DNA of 64,000 nucleotides from Lingula anatina (Eukaryota; Animalia; Brachiopoda). The DNA lies in NCBI GenBank assembly GCA_051362555.1, contig CM120649.1:1488001-1552000 (forward strand), in the 5' to 3' direction. The notes under the pieces are model-generated. The model was not told where the DNA came from, searched no databases, and saw nothing but the letters and a program-made list of their open reading frames with translations. Position 1 is the stretch's first letter; every line of letters begins with the position of its first letter. The position numbers and the translations under genes were made by a program. Shown piece by piece: positions 27,594-40,273 of the stretch.

Positions 27594-27753
27594 CTACGTA
27601 TCCATTTGGATCTCTTCCATGCCGTTCATACCTTTCATTGAGATAAATACTAATTTTCAAAGCCTCCCTAAGACTGCTGGTCCCCTCCAGGATTTTCTTG
27701 GCCCAACACATTCTGAGGAATCCTAGCATCTTGCCCACTTTTACCATTTATAG
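27594..27753 (-). pseudogene. phr: Class II CPD photolyase penultimate exon, copy 1 (degenerate)
   Basis: aag|[53 protein letters not shown]|gtaagt. Matches the class II photolyase motif [27 protein letters not shown]; has an in-frame TAA and Y>C, W>G changes. Confidence 0.88.
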
Positions 27754-29161
27754 CTTGGAAAATGAGACCAAGTACCCGGGATTAATCTATTATTACAAGA
27801 TAATTCATCCTGCAGTGCTTGAATGGTTTATTAAATTTTAGCCTTCGGATATATATTTGTCAATGAATTAGAATTGGATTTTTTTCTTCAAACTGTGTGG
27901 TCTTATAATTTTATTCTTTTCTTCTGAGTAAATGGTAAGGATGTAATGCCTAGGCGAATTGCCACCTTCAATTATACTGCAACAATATTAACCTTCTTGT
28001 GAATAAAGATGTTTAAAAAAATCTGAGTAAATCAAGTAAAGGAAATATGTGTACCATACAATGCCAAACCGGGCAAATGTTCTGCAAAATACAGTTCGAA
28101 ATACTATAATACATCCCTTCCTCCAAAATCTTCTCATAAAAATGCCCAAGCATTTAATTTATATTTCCTCAAGCAGATTTACATATATATGAATTTAAAA
28201 TAGTTTATCAATTAGTATCATTTTATCTGTTATTATTTTATCCAAAAACTGTCTACCAATTGGAAATTTGTTTAATGCCCCCCTCCCCCCGGAATAAAAA
28301 ATAAAAATAAATTACCCAGTTTACTATACTCTGCAAAGGGTCCTGTAAAAGGAAACAAAGAATGACTTTCATGACCCAATATTCATGTTTGCTTTCACGA
28401 CCAAAGCTCACTTATAATTTCAAAAGCAGCATGATTTTTGTAATGATGTGTTATATTATAATATATTATTGAGGCTGTGTGTATTATGCATCCATAATAT
28501 TTTCTGTATTTGCAAAAAAAAAAAAAAAAAAAAAAAAAATAATAATAATAGACTCCAATGGTCATTAAATACCCTGTGACATCAGTCAATGTGATTACAC
28601 TTAATGAGTTTAAGTATAAAGGTATATTTATTAAAATCCATCAGGTGAAAGTACATATCCAAACTACAATTGTTCTTCTACATGTATATTTAATCATCAG
28701 ACTTTAGAAGACTATGAAAATATTAATTATTTTCTAAATTTTAAAGTACATTATGGCTTTCTGCAAAGGTTTATCAGCTTGGTATGTACATGCACTGGCT
28801 TTATATAAAATACACTGGTAACATGAAACTTTTTCTTAACTGAATTGGTTAGATTCCAATTACCCATGCTCTTCTTATAAAATAGTCACATGAAATTCTT
28901 TCCTGAGTATTAATTTTTTTTTCAAAACCTGATAATTCAACAGATTCAGTCCATCATACTACAGATCAATCCTCAATTTATGAAATCATGAATCCTTGAA
29001 ATTCTAACTTGCCAAGGATAATCCTTCGTCCAGATATCATAAAAATGTACTGATACTGGTGCATCACTGCCTTTTACAACAGGGAACTCCATGAACCATA
29101 TTTACATGTATTATATGTCACAACTAATGCCTGTTCTTGAAAATAAACATGACTACAGATA

Positions 29162-29310
29162 TTAGTGCTTCTTTCCTCCATATTTTCTAACAAAAGCTGG
29201 GACATCAAATTTCCTTTCGCATCCTTGATAATTCATGAAGCGTATCTTTCCAAACACAGGTCTCTCTCCCCATCCCTGGTCATGAATACCACATATGCTC
29301 CACATACAAC
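29162..29310 (-). pseudogene. phr: Class II CPD photolyase last coding exon, copy 1 (intact frame)
   Basis: ttccag|[49 protein letters not shown]. Phase-compatible with the penultimate exon; AATAAA on - at ~28627-28632. Confidence 0.88.
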
Positions 29311-31784
29311 CTGGAACAATAAACAACAGTTATGTATTACTAATTGAATTGTTGAGGATATAAGATAATTTACTGAGAAGTAATTGTTTAGCATCTTGAT
29401 TGGCGATATAAATAACATACAGGAATAAATATGTGACTGACAGTCACAGAAATATTGGAGGTAATACCCACATATTTTGTAAGCTCTTGATAAAAAGAAA
29501 AACAATAATTTAAAAGGAATAAATATGATATGTTCATACTGGTCAACAAGTGTAAATCCCCCCTCCTCCCTGCCACCGCCACCATTTTTTAGTGTGAACA
29601 TGTCGTGATTAATCCCAGGAATGAGCTAGCTGTGTAAACCAAAATCAAAACCCATCGCATGATGGAGAAGAATACTGATCTAGAAATGATGGGAAATGGT
29701 GTTGATCTAACCAAATGCATCACATTCGCATACTAGCTTTCTCTCTCTGTCTCTCTGTCTCTCTCTCACACACACACACAAAGCCAGACACAGACACACT
29801 GATGCACATGCACTGACAAATTCACTGATACACATTCAAAAACAACAACAACAACAACAACAACAATGCCAACAACACACTGACACTTGCTGCGATCATG
29901 ACAGTCACAATATGTACTAAAACAGGCTAGAGTCTGCACATGTAATAATTAACATTTTTAACCTCAATAATAACAACGAAAGCAGTCTTCTTTTCCAAGG
30001 GTCACATTCAGCGTTTGCTGATTAAACAAAAACCATGATAAAACCCACACAGAAAGATAAGACTATTAGCACAGTATTTTATGACTTTAGGACTTTAGAC
30101 TTTACGTCCTCTCCTAACGTGAAGTAGGAAGTGGGTACATAAACAGGTAAAAGAATTATAAAATATATTGTTGATTACTGTATACATGGAACCTTTTGGA
30201 GTATTAAATCATTAACTTAACTCAACAGTTTACTTTTAAGCTGTTTTGGCATGATGAAAATATGTCTTTAACTTGGACAGGGGCCAAACCTACATGTACT
30301 GTATAGTGCTTATGTTTCTCACTGGACTTATGGAACATTAGAACATTCCAGAACTAAGCAAACAAAGTGGGCTAGAGAGTTTTAGAGAAACAAATTGCAT
30401 GGGCAAAGTTGAAACAAGCTGAAACATAGTTCATCTTTACTAAGACATAAAATGAAATCAAAACCATGCAATCTATGTTGATTGAACACTTCATTTTCAG
30501 ACAAAGCCTTGTCATTAAGAAGATCAACAGTGAAACCTCAGTGGACGTCATTTGGGACATCTCACAGGCAGTAACATTGGGTCACCTGAAAAATTAACAC
30601 GTAAAAAAAAAAAGAAAAGAAAAAATCTGAATATCAACCAGGGACAGATTCGCTCCCAGGTGAGTAAAGACAATATGATGCCTGGGTGTCCTACACTTGA
30701 CATTTTAATTACTCCTAAATTCAGAGAATTAGCCAGAAGTGGACAGACTGGGAGTGTAATTATAAATTCTGGGAGTGTAATAGCAATGAGGTCAAATGGA
30801 CCGAGATGCTGCCAGAGTCCGGGGGGGGGATATATGATTTTTTTGAGGCCATTTGGTGCATTCTGGTGACATTTTGAAATCAAAATATTGTTTGATCAAG
30901 TTTTATCATATTTCATAATTTCAAAGAATAATTGTAATGGCAATTACATATTATATTCCAATCTGAAAAATATTGCTTTAACTATTAAACAACAAAAACA
31001 CAATATCTAGACAAATTCACCTTTGATTTTATGCACGTAGTTTTACATTTTAAACCATTTAGAGTAATCTTTGTCACCAGTTAGCTGACTAAACTGTTTT
31101 TAAGGTCAAACCATTTTCATCTGGATCTTAAAACACAATTAAATATTTAAATTGACTTTAAAATGCATGTAGTGTACTATCCGTGGCAAGTTGACATATA
31201 ACGACAGAGCAGCAATGTTATTTCTGAACTGAGCCAAATATGGTCGTTTTTGTTTACCCAAGACACAAGCCTTTTTCTGGGTTTTAAACACAATTTTATG
31301 TATTATTTATCATGAATAAAAATGTATGGTAAACACACGGCTTCATCATGGGCCATGATTTGAAAAACTGACAGTGTTTCATGAAAAATGGCTGTGCAAA
31401 ACATGGCCACAGCCTCCTTCTTGGTATGTACCAACAGCTACAGTTGAGCTCCGGAATGTTTCCGAAAGGAACAATTTTTAACAACTTAACTGGTTACTTT
31501 TTATAACACCTCCCCTCTTTTATGAATGGATTGTGTACATAATGCATGTTTGCTCACTATATTATCAACTGACAATATTTAAGTGATTAATTGCAGCATG
31601 GGATGTTATCTCCTGTGACCATTGAAGTGTCAGCTCTAGTACCCTATAAGTATCTCGGTTACCTAGATGGGTGCTTTCGGTAACAAAATGTAACAAACTG
31701 ATAACAAGCTGGAGCGTTCTTTCTGAGCTCAACGGCTAGATTTGCCACATTTGGTGGTGTAATACCAAAAAAAAAAAGAGTTTT

Positions 31785-31930
31785 AGGAGGGTACCATTCT
31801 GTACATTCATTACCAGTGAAAACCACTTTTTATTTCAAGGAAATTCATGAAACCTTCACCTTATGAACCGTGATTCATGAATCATCACATTTCTGTGACT
31901 AGTGAACCTGGGTTTTAATTTTCTGCCCTT
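31785..31930 (+). promoter_or_regulatory. Homologous motif cluster upstream of paralog 2
   Basis: Aligns with ~19280-19420. GAS TTCAAGGAA (31834-31842) is at the same position; the kappaB- and IRF-like motifs are altered. Confidence 0.4.
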
Positions 31931-32399
31931 TCTGAAATGAAGTCAATTTACCTGGTGATTTGTGATTTCCAGCATTTTCGACATGCACTACAGTGTGATA
32001 TTAACTAACATTTATTTACTCTGATTTGTGAATTTGATAATCACTACCTGCCTACCCCCACCCCCCCCATGAAACGCTCACTTAGAGCAGTTCAGCAAAC
32101 TGGTAATTTGTTATTAATGGTCACTTGTTGGTACAAATCTACATATAATCAATTAACTGAGTGGGTTATGTAGATTGCATCAATGTTGTAATCCGATTAT
32201 AAAAAATATTACCTGTGAGCACCACATTATACACAATCATTTAATAAATGGAAATTATAAATAGAGAATTAATTTATGTCAAGCATGATTATATAACAGG
32301 TGACAACAACATATTGTTAAGTCAATGCCTTAAATTACAAATAACTCTTATAATCATTTAAAAAATGATTGAATTGAATTCTTTTTCAGAACTGAAAAA

Positions 32400-35300
32400 A
32401 TGGCATTATCAAAACCTTTCCTCACACCTCAAATGGACGAGGAACAAGAGAATTATCTTCGCATGAGAGTGTTTCTGGAACGTGCTACGGATGTTCTTAG
32501 AGATGTATTGACAAGAGAATTACAGAAAACTTATCCACGGGACTTTGACCCATCCACAGGCATATTGTGTAATGTTTTGAACAACCCAACTGTAAGAAAA
32601 AACTTGCTTCAGTTAAGTAGGAGAAATGTTCTGAATGCAAGCCAAAAGCAGATTTTGTATCCAGCTGGGAGCCCTTCCTCAACTGCAAAAGTAAATGATT
32701 TTGATGTCACTTTAACTGTCATGCTTTTACGTAATATCACCACATTGAATCCAAACGCCAAATGGGACAGGCCTCTCAGCACTGACCTGTCCACAGAAGC
32801 AGACATTGGTCGAGTGAAGACATATCGTAACAAACATATGCATGGTGCAGCCAGGCTTCCAGCAACAACATTTCAAAGTGACTTTGACGGTCTCAAGACA
32901 GTACTGCTACGTTTGTCAAAGATCTATACAGATCAAGACTATGACAAAGTACTCATTGATCCAATACAAACCTCAGGTATACAATTTTGAAATTAAAAAA
33001 AGAAAACTTTACAAAGATTGAATTATATTGGCATATAATTGTATATAATTTTTAATTAAAAATATTCAATTTTCTTGCTAATGAATTAATACATAGCATG
33101 GAGGATTTTTTCTACATATAAAATGTTTAACTGTTCCTAGTACCAGGAACTATCACGAAAATATTTTAATGATTATACAAAATGCAAAACTTTTATTAAT
33201 AAAATTAATGAATTATTAAGGCGAAAGAGTACATTTTTGTTTTATTTATTTTTTTGGTCAAATGTGAATTTGGAATGCCAGATGAGAGCTACATTGGTTC
33301 CCTTTTATTTTGGCCAAGAAGAATTTTGGAAAAAAGGAATTCTAGATGAAATATAATATATAAAATGTTTCTTATATTCTTATAAAATGTTTCTTATATT
33401 CTTATATTGCTATGCTGAAATAAGTTACAATGCCCCAATATTATTTATTCAAAATACTCATTTTTTTCAAATTAAGTGAAATATTGTATACATTGTTTCA
33501 GGAGTACCTACTGCCTGTCAACTCATGTCCATGAACCTCCCTAGAAAAGACAGTAACTTTTGTGGACGAGAGGATTTGCTGAAAGAGATCCAACAAGATG
33601 TTGAGAACTCAGAGATTGTGCTCCTGACAGGGATGGGTGGTATTGGCAAGACCAGCATTGCTGTAGAGATGGGGCATCGCATGAGTGAAGAAGGTAGAGA
33701 TGTTTTCTTTCTAGACATGAGGCAGGTTAAAAATCTAGATTCTTTTCAGTTATCACTGGTGCAACACTACAATCCTAAGATGTTTTTGAAAGAAATATAT
33801 GGTGATTATCAAAACTTATTTCAAAAGGTTCTTTCTGAGATAAACTCGTCAACTGTGGTTATTTTTGACAGCATTGATCATTTTATAAGAGCTAAGAAAG
33901 CAGAACAGTTTTTACAATTATGTCAGGATATGTTGAAAGCATCAAAGCACATGTCTTTAGTTTGTACAAGCCGCCAATCATTTGACCTAACATCTGTGAA
34001 AGTAAACGAAAAAGCAATATCCCATCTTGATGTTAAATCATCAACTTGGCTACTATCAGGTGGGGCTTCTGCTCCCCAAACAGAAGAACAGGCTAAAATA
34101 TTGGAAGAAATAGCTGCTAGATGTGGGTACTGTCCTCTTGCCTTGAAATTACTAGCACCTCAAATAAAAAAGAAAGGGGTTTTGCGAATGCAAGAGAAAA
34201 TAGACAGAAAGGGTGTTCTTGAAGTAGCAGATACATCTGAATTTGAAGGAATGAAGTCAACATTTGAAATATCATTTGAAGCATTGTCTGATAGCGAAAA
34301 AGATATGTTCTGCAGTCTGTTCATATTCCCAGTGTCGTTTCATTTGACTGATGTTTCAAACATTCTCCAAAAAGAAGAGGACGAGTGTGAAGACATTCTT
34401 GATAGTCTCACATCCAAGTCCCTTGTAAACCAAGTGAGTGATCAGGTTTATGATCTACATCTCCTGTTAAAGGCTTTTTCTGAGTCCCAAGCAAAACAAA
34501 TTCCAGATAAAATATCAAAGATGGAAATTTCATACTGCAAATATTATGGTGAAAGGGCAGCTTTACTGGTAGTAATATTTGAATCCACAGTTCCAAAATT
34601 TGCAAATGAAAGAGCAGAAATCATACTTCCACATTTGTTGTACAGTGGAAAACTTTTGCTAAAACATCTAAGCCAATACCTTCAAAATAAATCAACAAGC
34701 ACTACTGCACTAGTCAAGGATTCTGACACAGACTATGATGATTTCATACTAAGGCTTCTGGCCATAACCAATGTATTGAGACAAATGTATTTGTTAAATG
34801 AGCCTCTGCACCTATTAAAAGAGTTAGCAAATGTTCTAAAAACAAAACAAAACGTGCTTCGTAACAGACAAACCAAAATGCACTTATCTTCAGTATATCA
34901 CAGTATTGGGACAGTTTTGTTTGTTATGGGTAAGTATGACGCTGCATTGGAATACCACAAGAGAAGTCTTGAAATATGTAAAGAGCTGTTTGGCACCCAG
35001 CACACTCAAACCGCTGGAAAATACAGCAATATTGGTCTTGTGCTACATGAGCTGGGTAAGTTTAATGACGCATTAACATATCAAAAGAAAGGTCTTGAAA
35101 TACAAGAAAAGGTGCTAGGTACCAACCACCCTTGTATTGCTGGACCATACAGCAACTATGGAAATCTGCTACATGACATGGGAAAGTATGATGATGCATT
35201 GACATATTACCGGAAAGGTCTTGCAATTCAAGAACTGCTGCTAGGCACCAATCACACTGAAACTGCTGGCTCATACAGCAATATTGGTCTTGTGCTATAT

Positions 35301-36692
35301 GAGATGGGTAAGTTTGATAATGCATTAACATATCAAAAGAAAGCTCTTGAAATACAAGAAAATGTGATAGGTACCAACCACCCTGAAACTGCTGGCTCAT
35401 ACAGCAATATTGGTCTTGTGCTACATGCCATGGGTAAGTATGATGATGCATTGACATATCACATGAAAGGTCTTGAAATACATGAAAAGGTGCTAGGTAC
35501 TAACCACCCTCGTACTGCTGACTCATACGGCAATATTGCTCGTGTACTATGTTACATAGGTAACTATGATGATGCATTAACACATCAAATGAAAGGTCTT
35601 GAAATACATGAAAAGGTACCAGGTACCAATCACCCTAAAAGTGCTGACTCATACACCAACTATGGTACTCTGCTACTTAAAATGGGCAAGTTTAATGATG
35701 CTCTGACATATCACATGAAAGGTCTTGCAATTCAGGAACAGCTGCTAGGCACCAATCACACTAAAACTGCTGGCTTATACAACAATATTGGTATTGTACT
35801 ACGTGACATGGGTAAGTATGATGATGCATTAATATATTAAAAGAAAGGTCTTGAAATACAAGAAAAGGTGCTAGGTACCAACCACCCTTGTACTGCTGGC
35901 TCATACACCAACTATGGAAATCTGCTACATGACATGGGAAAGTATGATGATGCATTGACATATTACCGGAAAGGTCTTGCAATTCAAGAACAGCTGCTAG
36001 GCACCAATCACACTAAAACTGCTGGCTTATACAACAATATTGGTCTTGTACTACGTGGCATGGGTAAGTATGATGATGCATTAATATATCAAAAGAAAGG
36101 TCTTGCAATTCAAGAACAGCGGCTAGGCACCAATCACACTGAAACTGCTGGCTCATACAGCAATATTGGTATTGTGCTACATGACATGGGTAAGTATGAT
36201 AATGCATTGACATATCAAAAGAAAGGTCTTAAAATACTTGAAGAGGTGCTCGGCACCAAACACACTAAAACTGCTCAGTTATACTACAACCTTAGTATTT
36301 TACTACATAGCATGGGTGAGAATGCAGAGTCTCTTAAAAATATGAAGAAGGCACTTGATATATATGAAACACATTTTAGTGTCAAGCATGAAAAAACGGC
36401 TTCATGTTACCTGAAAATTGGAAAAAATTTGGTTGAAGTAAAGTTGTACAGAGATGGAGTTCTTTATTTGAAGAAATGTGCATCAGTTCAAGAAGAGTTA
36501 CATGGTCTGACTCACCCCAGTACAATAGATACATGTAAAATGATTGGTACTGTTCTCATACTGATGTCACAATTTACAGAAGCAATCAAATATTTCGAAA
36601 AAATTAACTGGAACTTTGTCATTGACAAAATTCTGTATTTTAGCCACCCTCACCCTAAACTCGATGTGGAATTTGGAATGATGTATATATGA
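32400..36692 (+). pseudogene. HEPN-STAND-TPR paralog 2; exons 32400-32976 and 33502-36692; in-frame TAA at 35838-35840 (pseudogene or truncated allele)
   Basis: Same exon structure and motifs (YRNKHMH, GMGGIGKTS, IFDSID, CGYCPLAL). ORFs 33525-35840 and 35868-36692 share a frame; TAT TAA AAG corresponds to TAT CAA AAG in sister repeats. ~14 TPRs (1255 aa) if read through, 971 aa as truncated. Confidence 0.8.
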
Positions 36693-38593
36693 AAAACAAT
36701 AGGAACCCAAGCAGGAATCAAATATTTAAGTATAATGTATATACAAACATTCAGTAAAAGAAAATATGTATCTGATGGAAATCATTTGAGAAAATCCCTT
36801 AAATGACCTGTTACATCAACATATAACTGAGCTGAAGTTATGCTAAGATACATGTACCGTGTTATCTGTATATATGTTTATGTCTGCTTTCAACAGTTTA
36901 TTAGCCCTGAACCTGTAAAATACCAGCTTGATTACATATGTGTGCATGAGTGGGTGTAAGAAAGAGTATTTCCCTTTTTTACTGAAAGATAAGAAAACTT
37001 GTATCAGACTACCATATTAAAACATCTCATCAAAATAACAAAGGGGTGGGAACAACTTGTAACATTGATCAAGTGCTTTGATGACTTTCCATTCCTGAAT
37101 ACCAATATATTTTAGGGCAAATAATTGTACAGAAAATAATTAAGGTAGTATTTAATGATTTTTTTATTTAAAACATAAAGATATGCCATTTTTGTCACAG
37201 GTGGTGCTTTGAACAAGATGATAATATTTATTGCATTTGTATTTTGCTTTTACACTTACCTGTGTTTTCTAGGCTTTTGTGACTTCAACCTTTTGTTCAA
37301 AGTGCCAGTCATGGGATAAGTCAGATACAACTACTTGTCGTCCACTGTACGTGACATATAAAAGCACATTTTATCTGGGCTGTGCCTTGACATACTAACA
37401 ACTTTTATATGTCGAATACAGCGTAACACTATGTAGTAACTAGTACATAATCTAAACTTGCATAAATATATTGTTTGTTATATAACTGAACTCTAAACTG
37501 AGTTTTTTTACATAGTTTTAGCATCAGGTTCTGTTAAAGAACTGAAATAGTGAAGGACTATATTACATTATTTCCCATCAGATTGGGTTAACCGACTGTA
37601 GAATTCTTTCCAAAACATTGTTGAATATGAGTTACAACAAAGTATAACAATTACTATAATATAAGTTATGGAGTTTTACTGACAGAAAATATATTTTGAA
37701 AAGAGATATATGCAACAGACCGGTCCAAAATTCCAATGTTAATTAATTATTAAATAATGTGTGTACATGTGTTCAAATTGTTTTCAAGTGACAAATAGTA
37801 TTATTTTTTTAGTTTTATTCATATCAAAAATGTAATCTGAATTAAGTGCTTAATAAGGATGTTCAAACATTATATATCAATTATTACTGGTTTTTGTAAT
37901 TCTTATATAATGTATATCAGATAAATCACATAACGGAGTGACTTTATGATGTGTATATTAAGGGATAGCCATCGTAATGTCTTAAATACAACTGGTTGTA
38001 TCATTATTAAGAGACAAATTATTATGCATGTAGTCATGGAAATATCCCATGTTGCATGTTTTTAATTTGTTCACAGTGCGTATTCCAGAATATCTTAAGA
38101 AGATATTTTTCTATTACAGTTAGATGGAGATTGATTAAGAGAGAAATCCATTATACAGTATATAATGTGATGTACCTAGATGTAGGAAGTTATGATGAGT
38201 TATTTCAACCTCATTGTACCGTTATTATCAATAAGTGGTCTGAACTGTGGTAGTGTTGCACTAGACAACTGTTAACATTGTGATGTAATAAAAATGATAA
38301 TACATTCTTAAAGTAAAACAAGTGTTGTTGTGTGTTTCTTAAAGCTACCCTTCCATGTATGTTTTATGTAAATCACTGTCAAAAAATCCACAGTTTAAGT
38401 CAGTCATTATGGAATCTGTGAACATTTGTGGTGTAAGATAATAAAGGAAAAAAGTTCCCTTTAAGATCAATTACTCTGTCAAATGTACAGTTTTAATACA
38501 TAATTATTTTAGAGAGATGTCACACATAAAAAACAACATATCTGCGTCCACACAAAAACACACACACACACAGTTAGTACTACTTAAGCATAC

Positions 38594-38753
38594 CTAGATA
38601 TCCATTAGGGTTCCTTCCATTCACTTCATACTTATCATTGAGATAAATACTAATTTTCAAAGCCTTCTCAGGTCTGCTGGTCCACTCCAGGATTTTCTTG
38701 GCCCAGTACATTCTGAGAAATCCATAAATCTTTCCCTCTTTTACCATTTGAAG
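38594..38753 (-). pseudogene. phr: Class II CPD photolyase penultimate exon, copy 2
   Basis: ttttcccag|[54 protein letters not shown]|gtatgc. Open frame, but two conserved Asp residues are changed to Asn. Confidence 0.88.
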
Positions 38754-39050
38754 CTGGGAAAATGAGACCAAGTACCCGGGAATTCATCTGTTAATATATC
38801 AAAGATAATTCGTGTTGTCGATTTTCATCCCTCTTCCTTATTGATTGTGATTTTTTAATTGTATTTTCCTTTTCAACTGAGTCACTCAACTAAAGGATAT
38901 ATATATTCCATGCAATGCCCAACCAGGCAAATGTCGTGCAAAATACAGTTTATAAATAGTATAATGCATTACATAATCTTCTCATAAAAATGCCGACACA
39001 TTTTTTTCTTGATTTTTCCTCAAACAGATTTATGTATGCATTTTAAATAG

Positions 39051-39299
39051 TACCCAACTGCCAGACTCGGCACGAATAATGCATCAGTATGCCCTTCCAA
39101 GTATCAGATGTGACACCACTCTTGCCTAGTACACGATGTGATAGTGATGATTCTCAGCGGGGTTGGAAAGAAGTCCATCTCTACTCAAAATTTGTTCAGG
39201 GGTATGATACTGTGAAATGCGTACTCAAACACACCTTGGAAACGGGTAGTGTGGTCCGATCTGAATTCGCAATCATTTGGTGAGTCTGGTACTTGGGTA
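39051..39299. mobile_element. MITE
   Basis: TIRs TACCCAACTGCCAGACTC / GAGTCTGGTACTTGGGTA; absent from the paralogous position at ~28200. Confidence 0.7.
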
Positions 39300-40228
39300 G
39301 GTCTGGTACACCTTTCTTTTCATCGGCAAAGCTCATGCTTAAATTAAAAAGCACTGTTTATGTAATATTATGTATTGTCATCTGCCTGTGTGTATGTTAT
39401 GAATTCATTATATTTTCTGTATTTTGAATAAAGGAATAAAAAATAAGAAGACGTGTTAGTAGTTTCCATTCTGATCTTTACTTATAAGAACAATTACAAA
39501 ATACCCTGTAACATCAGTCAATGTGATTACACTTAATGAGGATAAAAGTAGATTTATTAAAATCCAGCAACTGAAAGTATATACAGACACAATATCTGTT
39601 CCGCTATATGTCATCATGACATAAAATGTGACCATGGAGATATTAATTATTTTCTAAAGTTAAATTACAAGGCTTTGTAAAAAGAACAATCTAAATTGAT
39701 CGACCCATCTTAAGGGTTTTCTTGCTAAATTGCTTTTAGTGTAAATGGCTTATATGCCTGGCACACCTGCTAAAGATACTAAACAATAGTCAATTACCCT
39801 ATCACAGCTTTAGTGGGCGTGCGAGACATAAACCGCTAAAGTTGAAAGCAATCCAGTGAGAGCCCCCTTGAAGATAGTTCACTCCAAAGTTAGTGCCATA
39901 GCCTCTGGGAATGGTCTTTAAATTATGATTCTTGTCATCATGATGTGAACATATTATTTAGTAAAATAAACGATTGTGTGTCCCTGTACCAGTGAATGAT
40001 AATTTAAGTACCTTATGTGCAGAAACTGGGGTTGACATAGGGTTCGGCTGAATACAGATCAATAAAGAATTGAAAACATTTAGCAGGTTTAACTTGGATA
40101 TCGAAGAATAAGTCAATATGTTTTTTGACCTTTTAAACAAGCCAAATGTGGTGATAATACTGCCATACTGTGATAATGTTGTGTAGTGAGCAGTGTGAAA
40201 GACGGCCAATGTCTCAATGTAACATGTA

Positions 40229-40273
<45 letters not shown>

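Noticed and set aside
35838-35840. Selenocysteine or programmed readthrough in paralog 2
   Set aside because: The codon is TAA, and sister repeats have CAA, so a point mutation explains it.
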